Shown in pieces: positions 51,292-64,000 of a stretch of DNA of 64,000 bases. The DNA lies in NCBI GenBank assembly GCA_024704765.1, contig JAKMXF010000332.1, positions 731,886-795,885 on the forward strand, given 5' to 3'. The notes beneath the pieces were generated by a model that saw nothing but the letters and a program-made list of their open reading frames with translations, was not told the DNA's origin and searched no databases. How positions within the stretch are numbered: position 1 is the first letter of the stretch; the number at the start of each line of letters is the position of its first letter. Both the position numbers and the translations under genes were made by a program. Source of the DNA: Oopsacas minuta (Eukaryota > Animalia > Porifera).

Positions 51292-52235
51292 ACTTAATGG
51301 ATAAATTAGGTAAGATCATCAAGATATTTAAACGATCCGCCTTGAAAAAGAAAATTCTACAGCGCTATGTGAAGGAAATATACCCAAACGGTTAAAACAC
51401 ACTACGTAACAAATTTGTATGAAATCTTTGTTTGGCTTGATACTTTGATTGTTTATGGATAATTTTGAGGCGCTGAGTCCGAAAATGCAATTAGTTTTTT
51501 CTATCATCGATCGTTAACTTTCAGGAAGCCTATTTGTCTGAGCAGGTTACACGCTTAGCCATCCCAGCAAAAACGTACGTCACAATCAAAATCTTTTGTG
51601 CTATAACAATAAAGATAACAAACATTGCATTCCCTTCTCTGTCTCTTGTCTTTTTAAACTCTGGGAGACACTTAAAGTGTCTGCGAATGTACAGCTTAAA
51701 CTGCATCAGAATTCCAGGCTGGGGTAGGATTGTAAAACTTAGAAATTTCGTTCTTGTGTATAGTTTATTTGCTATCTAGTACCTTTACTTGGAAAGTATT
51801 TACTTATATTAATAGTAAAAGCTACCAGCAGCTAGTATAAGCATAAGTATAACTGCCGTTAGCAGAGAAGGCAGGAACAACTTGCTGCAGGTTCCACGTT
51901 AAATTAGTGATTTCAAATTTAGAAATTGCAATGGCTAGTAGGCAATGCAAGAATTCACCTGACTCATTTTGCTGTGTTTGTGGATATTAAGTTGGTGGCA
52001 AACATGTTTCAAATAAAATATCAAAAGAGGTTAAGTATTGGGAAGCGTATAGACTGTATTTTGGGATGTTCATTGGGGACCAGGAAAGGCCTGGGCCCCA
52101 CATGTAATTTGTGGCAGCTGTCGATCTAATCTTGAAGGTTGGTTGAGGGATTCCACTAGAGTTATGCCATTTGCTATTCCAAGAGTTTGGAGAGAGCCAT
52201 AAAACCATCATGATAATTGTGACTTTTGTATGATA

Positions 52236-53769
52236 CAGGGGCATTCAATATATACTAATCACCGTATATTTTTAATGAAATAGCAGTTCTAAGCTAGTAT
52301 TTCTCAGTGCAATTATATAGAACCATATTTCAACTTTCTAACAAAACTTAGAGAGAGTTGATCACTTAATTATTTCCTAAGTTTCAGTTATTTTTAGAAA
52401 CCTACATTTTCTCCTTTACATTTTCATGGCTTCTTGTCCAAATTTTTCGGAACTTGAACAACGAACGTACATCAAATTTCGCACCATTCTCGAAATCCCT
52501 CCAGTCTATTCATAACGAGTTGGCAACGATATGTGGAGAAGATACTTTATCGTATTCAACTGTCAGAAGGTGNNNNNNNNNNNNNNNNNNNNNNNNNNNN
52601 NNNNNNNNNNNNNNNNNNNNNNNNNNNNNNNNNNNNNNNNNNNNNNNNNNNNNNNNNNNNNNNNNNNNNNNNNNNNNNNNNNNNNNNNNNNNNNNNNNNN
52701 NNNNNNNNNNNNNNNNNNNNNNNNNNNNNNNNNNNNNNNNNNNNNNNNNNNNNNNNNNNNNNNNNNNNNNNNNNNNNNNNNNNNNNNNNNNNNNNNNNNN
52801 NNNNNNNNNNNNNNNNNNNNNNNNNNNNNNNNNNNNNNNNNNNNNNNNNNNNNNNNNNNNNNNNNNNNNNNNNNNNNNNNNNNNNNNNNNNNNNNNNNNN
52901 NNNNNNNNNNNNNNNNNNNNNNNNNNNNNNNNNNNNNNNNNNNNNNNNNNNNNNNNNNNNNNNNNNNNNNNNNNNNNNNNNNNNNNNNNNNNNNNNNNNN
53001 NNNNNNNNNNNNNNNNNNNNNNNNNNNNNNNNNNNNNNNNNNNNNNNNNNNNNNNNNNNNNNNNNNNNNNNNNNNNNNNNNNNNNNNNNNNNNNNNNNNN
53101 NNNNNNNNNNNNNNNNNNNNNNNNNNNNNNNNNNNNNNNNNNNNNNNNNNNNNNNNNNNNNNNNNNNNNNNNNNNNNNNNNNNNNNNNNNNNNNNNNNNN
53201 NNNNNNNNNNNNNNNNNNNNNNNNNNNNNNNNNNNNNNNNNNNNNNNNNNNNNNNNNNNNNNNNNNNNNNNNNNNNNNNNNNNNNNNNNNNNNNNNNNNN
53301 NNNNNNNNNNNNNNNNNNNNNNNNNNNNNNNNNNNNNNNNNNNNNNNNNNNNNNNNNNNNNNNNNNNNNNNNNNNNNNNNNNNNNNNNNNNNNNNNNNNN
53401 NNNNNNNNNNNNNNNNNNNNNNNNNNNNNNNNNNNNNNNNNNNNNNNNNNNNNNNNNNNNNNNNNNNNNNNNNNNNNNNNNNNNNCCTGATATAGCCCCA
53501 TGTGACTTCTGGCTGTTTAGAAAACTCAAAGATAACCTCTCCGGACGCGAATTTGAGGATCGGCTCAGCCTCGGTCGGGCAATTTACAGATACCTTGAAG
53601 TCATTCCCAAGGATGAGTACAGAAAGACATTTGAAAATTGGATTAAAAGGCTAGATTCAGTTGTAGCGTATAAAGGAGACTACTTTGAACATTCATAGCA
53701 AAAATTACCAACTTTACACAAGTATCTATAGTTTTAGATGGTATGATTAGTATTTATTGAATGCCCCTG
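52236..53769 (+). mobile_element. mariner transposon spanning the assembly gap
   Basis: TA-flanked TIRs caggggcattcaata(t/a)atactaatca; MASCPNFSELEQRTYIKF at 52426; PDIAPCDFWLF..GDYFEHS* ending at 53698. Confidence 0.9.
52573..53485. other. assembly gap (913 N)
   Basis: Run of N. Confidence 0.99.
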
Positions 53770-55946
53770 TAAATATTGCTAAGTACCGCAAGGTTAAGGG
53801 AAGAAGAGCACTGATTTATCCAAGTATACCTTCATCCATTGCACCTGTTCCTCACAGTGAAACTTTACCAGTTCCAAAACCACCAGCAACTGTAAGTAGT
53901 TTTGTTTTTTAATATTAGGCTACGCTAGCTTATATGCTGTAAGGGTGACCTACAATCTGCATCTTATGTTTTATTCTTGTCATTTTAGTTGGAGTTTAAT
54001 ACTGAATGTGATGACTCGATATCAGGTTAAACTTCGGATGTTGAGGAGGAGTATCTCCAATCAACAAGTGCAGATCGTCATTATCCTCCTAGGAGAGAAT
54101 TAGATAACTTAATACGAGATCTGCAACTAACAAAATCTGCAGTAGAGCAATTGACGTCAAGATTAACCGAGTGGAATTTGCTGCGTGATGATTGAAAATA
54201 ACTGCTTACAGGAAGAGGCACTTGGACTATTCTGTTTACTTTGATGTAATACAGGATCTGTGCTATTGCAAAGATGTGAATAGTTTGTTTGATGCTGCTG
54301 GAATTGAACATGACCCTCCTCAGTGGCGACTTTTTATTGACAGTTCCACCAAAAGTCTTAAAGGAGTTTTATTTCATAATGGGAACAAATATCCGTCAAT
54401 TCCACTTGCTTATTCAATACAAATGAAAGAAGACTATGAAAATGCCAAGCAACTACTGCTTAAAATGAACTATGCTGAATTTAACTGGCAGCTCTGTGGT
54501 GATTTTAAGATGTTGGGGTTTTTGTTGGGACTGCAGGGTGGTTACACCAAATATTCATGCTTTCTTTGTTTGTGGAACAGCAGAGCTGATGGAGAGCATT
54601 ACAGGAAGATTCAATGGCCGCCAAGAAAAGAATTATGCCAGGAAAGTACAATGTCATCAAAGAGCCACTTGTAAGCCGGGAAAAGGTTTTACTACCACCT
54701 CTTCATATAAAAGTAGGTCTAATAAAGCAATTTCTTAAAGCTTGGATTTTGAAGGAGAAGCTTTTCAAGAAATCCGTGCAATGTTTCCAAAATTATCAGA
54801 TGCTAAACTAAAAGGAGGAATATTTGTTAGCCCCCAAATAACCACCATGTTAAAGTCAAGAACCCTGGAGGATAAAATGACCGAAACAGAAAGAAAGGCA
54901 TAGCAAGCATTTCGAGATGTAGTTAATGGCTTTTTAGGAAATAACCAAGAGCCAAATTATGAAGAGATAGTGAGTACTCTGATCTACCAAAATATGGGAT
55001 GTCGCATGTCGTTGGAACTTCATTTTCTATCCTCTCATCTTTACTTCTTTCAAGAAAATTTGGAGGATTTCAGCGAGGAACATGGTGATAGATTTCATCA
55101 AGATATTCAGCTAATGGATAGAAGGTATCAAGGCCGCTGGGATAGTACAATGATGGGCGATTACATGTGGTTTTTGATAAGGGAAGACATTTCTGGTCAC
55201 AAAAGTAAAGCTCGTTCAACAGTTCATTTTTGAAGTATTTTAACTCTCTAACATGAGTGCGTTTTGTATTCTCTAGGACTTGTAATCAGCAATGTACTGT
55301 TTGGTAGTGATTTTCATGTTCAAATACAATTATCACCACATCACTACGTGTTTAAATCTATTACAAGAGCTGTAGATAAATTTGCATATAATGAACAACA
55401 CAACTTGTTGAGAGAAAGCAAAAAGTGTAAATAGGTCAAAAAGCATTGAAAATATGGAAAACTAACACAATTCTTGATTTCCGCGACCCAAAAAACATAA
55501 GGAGACATCAAAAATTGAAGCCAAACAAAAATTGTGTTACGTAGTGATATGATTCTGAAATCCGACACCAGGTGGAGTTCACAGTTAAATAGGTTGAACG
55601 GATAGTTAAGATCAATGTTCCTGTTCAAAAATCATAGCTAGGCCTTCATGAAATCTCAGGAATTTTCCAATCTCTGACCCCAATAAAATCAGCGATAGAT
55701 GCATTATGCAGACGTGATGCAAATTTGATTATGTCAGAGGCAATTTTCAAGTTTTAATTGGATGATATTCAATGTTTTCATTCATTTTTTAGTGGGAAAG
55801 TCCAGGGAGCTATTGAGCGACGCATTGTATAGGAGCTTTATAAATATGATTCTATAATTTTGCAATACTTTCATAATCCTCAAGCACAACTATAACTGGA
55901 AAGAAAGTCCAGCTGACAGATAGATATTACTGCTCAAGGATATGTA

Positions 55947-56180
55947 CTGTGAAATGGGCAATTTTGGCCCACTGTATTTACATTAACCCAAATATTGAAG
56001 TTTTCAAGACATATCGAAATGATTCTGTAGTAACCCTGAAAATGATCATACCAATTTATGGAAATGTTAAAATAAGTGTTATCATTTTGAACTTTATTTA
56101 CAAATCATATCGATAGGTTAAAAAACTTCAAAATTTGGGCTAAAGCAAGCCCAGTGGGCCAAATTAGCCCCATTTCACGA
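55947..56180. mobile_element. pogo-type MITE
   Basis: TA-flanked imperfect inverted arms (gtgaaatggg..tttggcccactg); a related end starts at 61812. Confidence 0.65.
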
Positions 56181-56421
56181 TATTTTGTTCTTCCCACGGT
56201 GATACACCCTCTCAACCCTCCCAAGTAAATGCCACAATGCACCGGAACCGACAGATTTTGGGCTCGTGGAACTGATAAATATCTCAGGATATTCCTTTTT
56301 AATCGTCCACTTAGGTACTTCATCTATCCTCAAATCCTAGGGAAAAATTCGAATAGTTATCCTACAATTGCTCCTGCCTAGCTTTTGAAAACATCTCTAT
56401 CATCTATTAGAAATATGTACA

Positions 56422-56855
56422 AAAGGTGTGAAAATATGATAAATTATGTAAATATAATTTAAAATGACAAATTTGGAATCTATATACTCGATTACTCCTA
56501 GATAGTAGTTACAACGAAATCTCTTGTTTGATTTGAAAATAGACAGGAAGGTGTGAAATATGATCAATCATATGATATATTATTTAGATATAGAATTGAA
56601 ATTGTGAAATTTGAAATCCACATGCTTGATTACTCCTTAATAGCAGTCAAAACGAAATCTTTAGGATGATTTTGAGTCATGTAAATGATGTGAAAATTTG
56701 AGTATTTATTTGATGAATCTGAAAATTTGTGACTTTCAGGCTCAAATTCTAAAAATCGCATTCTACGCCCCCAATTACCCTGACATCATGTTGAATCCTA
56801 ATCTCTAGTTGATTTTGTAATTATATAGAAAGGTGTGAAAATATGATTAATCACT
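56422..56855. repeat. diverged ~125-bp direct repeats
   Basis: aggtgtgaaa(a)tatgat recurs at ~56423, ~56549 and ~56830; the first two share the gattactcc..acgaaatct downstream block. Confidence 0.6.
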
Positions 56856-59073
56856 AAAAAGTTGTGAAATATTCAAGAAAATAATGAAGTGGACAAATCT
56901 CCGACCCAATATGTATATGTATGCAATTTTCATGTTCATTCGAAGACTGGATTTCGCACAGCCGCGCGCGGATGGACTTACGGATGTACGGAACTCGCAC
57001 ATCGTCCATGCCATTAGGGCACTCCCTATAGGAGCTGCACAAAACGAGGTCTGATAATCTCATTTTGTAACGATTTGCTGTCCAGATTCATCCTCAAATG
57101 GAGAAAGAAGAAGTATTGGGTTAAATTGACAATGAGTTGAATGCTTCTACTTCACAAAATCGAGATCTAGGCGAATTACCAGTAGCAAAGTAGCTCAATT
57201 AGTAATTGAAATATCACTACATATATCGAACACAGATAATCACGAATGAAAGTGATGTTGTCCACCCTGAAGTTTGAACTCACTCGCTGAGCAGATAAGT
57301 GAAAGGGGGAATTTATTGGAAACCATTTATCTAATCTTACTTAGCGTTCCTCAACATCTGTAGAGGGAGAGCGAGTATTTTATTCTTCGCATACCTTTGC
57401 AATACATTTAGAACTAGGCTTGGCGATAAAACGCTTGATATCCTTTGCTTTATACGTAGAAATCAACCTCACCTCGAATGAACACAAACTAACGATTTTT
57501 CAGTATTTTCTTTACTTCATATTATTACACTTCAGTATTTTCTCTACTTCTTATTTATTACACTAGGGTATATTGTTTCTTTACTACCATTCATGTAATG
57601 CGAACTATTCAACCCGGGATTAGTACATCTCTTCTAGGATTGCAAATCCTAGTAAAATATTACATTAGAGAGAACCTTTAGAATTAATGTTGATTTCGTT
57701 TATTACTATCACGAAATACAAATCATGAATTACAGATTATGAACCTGGACAGTAGTTATGTTAGAAAAGAATCCCTGGACAGTTAGATAGTATGATTACT
57801 CTTCAGTGTACCATTGCGCATTGAATGATTGCAGAGAACAGTTGGATTACGGAGGCATAATTTCCAACTCTTGTTATTGAATCCTAGGAACTGGGTTAAA
57901 CTTCATACACATTTCCAGAGCTCTTGAACCCCTAAACGTTTGCTCGCTCACTATGTTCAAAAGTTGATAATCAAGTGCCTAATGCAAATACTATGGAATC
58001 TCCAATTCACCCACTAACATTTAACTTAAGATAACCTCCAATGCAGTTGACCCACATTTCAGAACGGCTTGAAGAAGATGTATTTGTAACATATGCTCAA
58101 ATTTCATCTCAACAGGGATTTTTGCACTTTTTTAGTACGAATCTTTCAAATTAAGTGAGCATTGAAGGCCCATTAATTTATACTATACAAACGCGAGTAA
58201 TGAATGTATTTATATTTGTATGTTCGGAATTGATTTAAGAAACTGGAAGGCATCCAAGGCTGACTTTTGGCGCAGAGCAGTATTTCTGGTCTGGCTCGGA
58301 CAAGTTCGAGTCTTGGAAGAAAATTCATAAATGACGAAATTACGACATAATTGTTACCGAAAATCACAAAACCCTTCAATATGTCACACGTTCTGAAGTA
58401 ATTACTTTGAAAAAATTGCAAACACACCATGGAATTATTACGTCATGATTAGTATACAAAATAAGTTTTCCACGTTTTTGAATACCTTGAGAAATTTTAA
58501 CGCGAGCGATTAAATAGAGATGCGGATACTTCATCTGGATAAAATTATGAAGTGTGCAAATTCCAACTCCCGGACGATCAATTTGTTTGAGTAAAATAAA
58601 TGGCCGCTATATCCTAGTGGCTGCTAAGTAGATTTTACAGTACTATTTACCTGTAGTGGACATTTTGCCATACATTGAATTCTATTCGGAACAAAATCTT
58701 TCTACACATATTCCTAATTTTGCAGTAAAAGAGTCAAAATTTAAGTGATGACAGCTTTGCTAAATATGTTTATCACAAGAAGCAGAAAATGTTGAATAGT
58801 ATACAATGTGATCGACATTTGTAAGAATTAAAAACTAAAATTTGATTTGCATTCTGTTGAACCAAGAAACAACTGAAAGAACTCGTGAATATAAAAAGAT
58901 CAAACTGAATTTAAACTTTATAAACTGGTCAGAGCCATGAATATAGGAGCTTATCTGAACTATTTGGTTACAATACAGCTACTTTAGATATGCAGATCAT
59001 TAAGCTTAATGTATGATCTGCATTGATAACATAAAAATTATTTAAAAATCTCCAAATTATATCACATTCCTCC

Positions 59074-60854
59074 CTATATAGGTAAGAGGGCGGTGTGGAG
59101 TCTCTTCATATAATTATATATTTGGTAGCAAAACTGATCATCAATACATTCCACAACCATATTAATAGGGTCAATTATAGCGGATCGGTTATCAACTTTC
59201 ACACAAATTCGAATACTGGGTGATTGATTTCGAATGACTGTAACCGCAGTTTGACCATAAATTTCAGAATACAAAAAGATAAGCTTTGAAGAAAATTGAC
59301 CAAATAAATAGTCTTCATTCGAGTGTGAAACATTGGAAGTTAATTTAATAGGAAGAGGGACAAGCGAAATTTGTAAAATTACTGTGAGGATTGCATCAGC
59401 ATATAAATCATGGGTTGCGCTACTAATCCACTCAATCACAATAGTTTCATCCTTCAAAGTTATACTAATCACATTAAATGCAATAAGTATATCTTTATTA
59501 TCAGTTTGGAAACACTGAATGCTACAAGTTAAATTATGTAAATGATCAGTCAATAATTGAAGAGTTCCTTTATATGAAATAGACAATTGCTGCTTGACAC
59601 AACCTATTCCAAGTTCAGTATAATTAGATAAATCCAGTGGATTCATCAAATGATGTTTAATTCCCCGTTTAACCAATATTCCCGATACAACAGAACCATT
59701 TTTTGGATAATTTGAGGCTAATCTCCCCATAACCTTCGCCATCTTTTCACCTCTAAATGACAACTTTATAGATTGTGTGTTTACAGGGCTGTGAAGAACA
59801 ATACAATAGTCATCGCTTTCCTCAAATTCCCTCTGAAGAGAATTCTTTAGACGCAATGTCTCCGTTGGTTCACCATGTACTAGAATAATTTGACTAGGTT
59901 TAAGTAATTTTATAAACTCGCTAGAACCATCAATATCAGTGTGCGCTGAAAAGGAAATATGTTCAATCGTGAGCTTCAAAGGTAGACGTTTTCCATTTGA
60001 GGCAATTATATCGTTTGGTTCATTCAATATTTGTCTTGCAAGAGTACCTTCGACACAATAACCCGCGATTATGACACCATTCTTGTTATCAGAACACCAG
60101 GTCTCAAATAAACCTCTACTGAGACCACTCTGCATCATGCCAGGGCTAGCCATAACAACAGATGCAGCGATATCATCAAAATGGTCGAAATTCTTTTTAT
60201 TAAATATGTGTTTGAAGCTAAATGGGTTCGAAGTCTGACTGTTAATTCTCTCATTCATTGCAGATAAAAATGTTTGGTATACAGACATGCATTTCTTGGC
60301 TAAGGATGATGCATAATATATAGGAATATCGTGTAATTCTGGGTGAATGCTCCAATATTCATCTAAAATTAAGAGTAATTCTTGAGCACGCCCTAGAGCA
60401 AAAACTGGTATAAGACATCTCCCACCACGGTTAACTATTGCATGAACTGAAGTGGTGAACCTGTTCTCACGTGTTTCACGTTTTTCATGACGGCTATTCC
60501 CATATGTAGATTCCATTATTAAGATATCTGGATTATAAGGAGGCTCCTCTGCAGCTCTCAAATGTCGATCTTCTTCCCGAGAAAAATCACCTGTATAGAA
60601 TATTTTTACACCAGCAATTTCAATCAAAAACATAGCAGCACCTAAGACATGGCCTGCTTGATAGCATTGGAACTTAATACCATTCACCTCGATTTCAGTA
60701 TGATAATTAATCACTTCAATCTTATCCATACTCTTCTCCAAATCCCGATCAGTATATAGCATCTCATCATCGTGAGATATATTGCTTACCTTTATATAAT
60801 CAGATAATAACCATCTATATATAGCTTTTGTAGGATGTGTCATAAAACATCTAC
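59074..60854 (-). CDS. CPSF3: cleavage and polyadenylation specificity factor subunit 3 (CPSF73), terminal exon, 5'-partial
   Basis: MTHPTKAIYRWLLSDY, AGHVLGAAMF, TGDFSREEDRH, ESTYG, PVFALGRAQELL, FSAHTD, LVHGE all intact; acceptor tatag|GTAGATGT at 60855/60854. Confidence 0.95.
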
Positions 60855-63800
60855 CTATATATTAATAAATAATAATAAAGATCGTGTTAAGCAACAGAGG
60901 AAGAATAACATATAATGCGTGGATTACTGATAGAATACATAAAGAGTTTTGCACAGAAAGCAAGATGAGTATGGGTGCACTGTAAAAACAAGCGTTAACA
61001 TACATGGCGAAATAGGCAGTGGAGGAGAGTGAGCAAAGTTAATAACCTTAGTTTTGTACATTGTAATCGAATTGGTGTTGTATTGTTATGGTTGTAGATT
61101 ATATTCAACTTCAAATTATATAAACAATTATTTTACAATAATCCTGAATAAATGTACGAATCGTTTACCTTTCTAGCTACACTTTGCTCATTAATTAGAT
61201 AATGAGCTAAGTAAATTAAATGGCAAATCCCACGAACCTCATACAATTTTCTGATAGTCTCTATTACCCTAGTATGAATATTTAGAAAAGTTTAAAAACA
61301 GTCGTATTGTCTTATCAATTTCATATTTGTGCCAGCAGTGGTACATATCAAGTATGTGTGCGCCACTTCGTACGTGAATGAAATGTTACAATATTCGACT
61401 TATTTCGAACTAGAAATTTATTTGTAAACTAGCTTAGAAAATCTCAAAATAATTTCACACTGTATTCCATTCTGATGACAATATTCTAGTGATATACCAC
61501 TTCTTCCACATGTGTCAAAGAATGTGCAAATGCTAGTAAGTCAAAGGGATATGCTCGACGCAATTCGAAATTTTATGATAGAAGTCCCGATATTGAAGAA
61601 GATCATCGAGAAGATATGGATGATCGCACATCAGAAAGTTTTCCAAGTCACCTGGGAAAATAAGAGAGAGAAGAAACATAGAGTGTACTAGAGAAAACCT
61701 CTTACGTGAGCAGTTGAAACAGAAAAAGATATCTAATCAATATGTTCATGAAAGGAGGTATGTTAATAGGATAATAAATTTATGAAATTAATTAAATATT
61801 CAGGTTATGTACAGTAAATTCGGTTACTTTGGCCCACTGGGCTTGCTTTAGACCAAATATTGAAGTTCTCAAGAAATTTCGATGTGATTCACCATCAACC
61901 AAAGACGACCGGGAAATTATGATTTTATGACGTCAATTGGGTGCTAATCTGGATTTTAGTGGAGAAATTGGTTAAAAGGAAGTGGTAAAATCTTAGTATC
62001 CCTTATTGTTACGAAAGTACACTTCGACCGTCAACGGTTATAGTATAGTAATATTGAATTTTATACGGTTATGAATTATGAAGCAGTCATTTGTGGACTT
62101 TCTATACCACATTCTGCGACGTTGTCATAGTAAAGAGCACCTGCCAGGTCGTCCTCATTTTCAATCTGAGAGAGCTTCTGCCTCTCAGATAGATTGAAAT
62201 TGCTTCCCAAAAATCATTATACAAAAGTAACAATTACTTATAGCGAATTTATTCGATAAATCTTGGTTGACAAAATAAACATTCATGGAAATTCATCCAT
62301 TTTAAATTACAGAAACTAAAGTTTATTGCAATTTTTGGATTATCGACGTAAATTGTGGTTGGAAACCAAAATTTGATGAACTAATAAAATATATATAAGA
62401 CAAGTATTCCAGTGTCAAAATGGGGAATACCGGCGCTCCAACCGGTATTGTTCCAAGTTTTTGAAATTCATTCTATCAATGAGTACAGTTTCAGTGACAA
62501 AATCAATAATACATTTCTAAATTAATTCTAACACAATGAAAATATAATTTTTGCAAATATCCAACTAAAATCAACATACAAAGTCCCACCTAGTATGTTA
62601 TTAGGGAAAAAATTGGCCTTAGGCCATTTCCATTTTAAATTACTTTGGGGAAACCTAGCAAAGACTTCACCTCTGTTTTCTCCATTATCCGAATACGGCG
62701 GGAAATGTGAGATTTTATGGCGTTAATTAGGTGCTGAAATTAAGAGTGGGCAAAATTTTATGTCCCATATGGTTACGAACGTACACTTCGGCCGTAATCT
62801 GTTAGCCTATATAATAATCAGACATATTTTAATCAAATATTAAAGTATGCTTAGTCATTTTGAAATTTAATTACGGATCATACACTATATTAAGAAATAG
62901 GTTTTCAAAGTGTTATACGGGGGGTGAGTATTAATTTACTAAATTTAGAATTCATAAATATAATATTTAAATTTTGTTGATACATATATATACGAGCCAA
63001 AGACTCGACGCATTTCGCCTCGAGGTATTCAACGAACAAACAGACGAACAACAATTGAGATTTAATCAGATAGATGTTGTTTACAATATTCACACTCAGC
63101 ATACTCCAGTATTATAGTCTTTGAAAGTACATATGGTTTATCCAAAAGTGTGAAATTAGGATTCAGCACGTTCGATAAATTTTAGTGAAGTTATACTGAA
63201 TTCTTGTACTTTGATAAACACGATAAATCCATAGTTGTGCTACAATTTCAAAATTACATACCGTAAATCTTTTGCTTGATAACGGACAAACAAACAAACT
63301 GACAGACAGACAACTATTGAGATTTAACAATGCAGATATATAATTATAGACAATAGACTATAAATTTCTTCATCCATGATTCAAACTTTGCGGTACCTTT
63401 GGTCGAGGTTGATCATTTTCAACATCTATACCCTAATCATGACCAAGTCATTGCCCCACTTAATGCTGATTGACTATTTGAGGGATGCTGTTTCCATCCC
63501 TGCGACATACCAAGCATGTCAAACAACGGTTTACCACCTAAAACTGAACTCCATTCGTCCCTGCAATATTTCTATGTAGCATAGGTTGCTGGAAGTTTTT
63601 TATTACAACCTAGGATACTGATTAAAGAAAATCTTAAATAAATTTGTATAATAACGGGTGAGCACTGTTGCGTAGGATTTTGACCCGCAAGTAGCAATTG
63701 CAAATCAAGTAATATCAACATTTCATCCCTAGTCACATAGTATTCGTATTTATACATGTGTGACTTCCTAAATGCACACACTAACATTTTACTTTGTTTC

Positions 63801-64000
63801 TAGATTTCAACAACAAACACTTATATTTACTTTTGGCATTTTTCATTATGGATGCGACAGAGCATGAAGTAATTCGTGGATACCCCAGACGAATATTATC
63901 CCACCAGAAATCAAGAGTGATCGCTACAGAAAGAAGAATTTTGTCAGAAAGTGCAAGGGGATTTACTTTCAAGAGAATAAGCTAATGAAGGTATATTCCT

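Larger units (their letters stand above)
51400..55546 (+). mobile_element. Chapaev3-like (CMC) transposon, decayed, containing a mariner
   Basis: TIRs cactacgtaaca / tgttacgtagtg; 3-bp flanks aca/ata; WRLFIDSS, GDFKMLGFLLGLQGGYTKYSCFLC, LLPPLHIK, SEEHGDRFHQDI. Confidence 0.85.
48690..55900 (+). pseudogene. old hAT (Ac-type) transposase remnant hosting nested insertions
   Basis: CYA(H)GLQLAI (~48700), LMDKLGKIIKIFKRS (51292), MILKSDTRWSS (55547), PIKSAIDALCRRDANL (~55680) join up once the inserts are removed. Confidence 0.65.

Noticed and set aside
52454-53698. Several 310-410 aa ORFs
   Set aside because: Artefacts of reading through the N gap; only the mariner ends are real sequence
58285-58320. 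B-box-like gttcgagtc as a tRNA or SINE
   Set aside because: No A-box at a suitable spacing and no cloverleaf
57740-58750. Possible decayed or spliced gene downstream of CPSF3
   Set aside because: Multiple stops, no recognisable motif and no consistent exon chain
63350-63990. Short ORFs as the missing CPSF3 5' exons
   Set aside because: No metallo-beta-lactamase motifs; the frames are protein-like but unidentifiable

Overview
Eukaryotic, AT-rich, animal-type DNA; I cannot assign the species from sequence alone. Most of the window is decayed and nested transposons around two host genes: an intronless DEAH-box RNA helicase (DHX33-like, 38588-40561 +) and the large terminal exon of CPSF3/CPSF73 (60854-59074 -, 5' exons not found in the window). 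Mobile DNA includes Tc1 (DD34E), several mariners (DD34D), maT-like (DD37D), two rosa/Visitor (DD41D), pogo/Tigger derivatives, several hATs (two Buster/Charlie type), two Chapaev3-like elements, a Gypsy LTR retrotransposon and several foldback MITEs. Manual translation also gives decayed KDZ-type transposase, OTU protease and APE-endonuclease remnants. The strongest unexplained structure is an ~8.3-kb inversion (~12390-20647): flipping it in silico restores four broken elements at once. A four-element nest lies at 48690-55900, and a foldback with a 3-versus-16 copy 19-bp array lies just downstream of the helicase. There is a 913-N gap at 52573-53485. I found no rRNA, tRNA or CRISPR, and no clear evidence of a novel functional system. 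All family names come from motif recognition by eye, not database searches.
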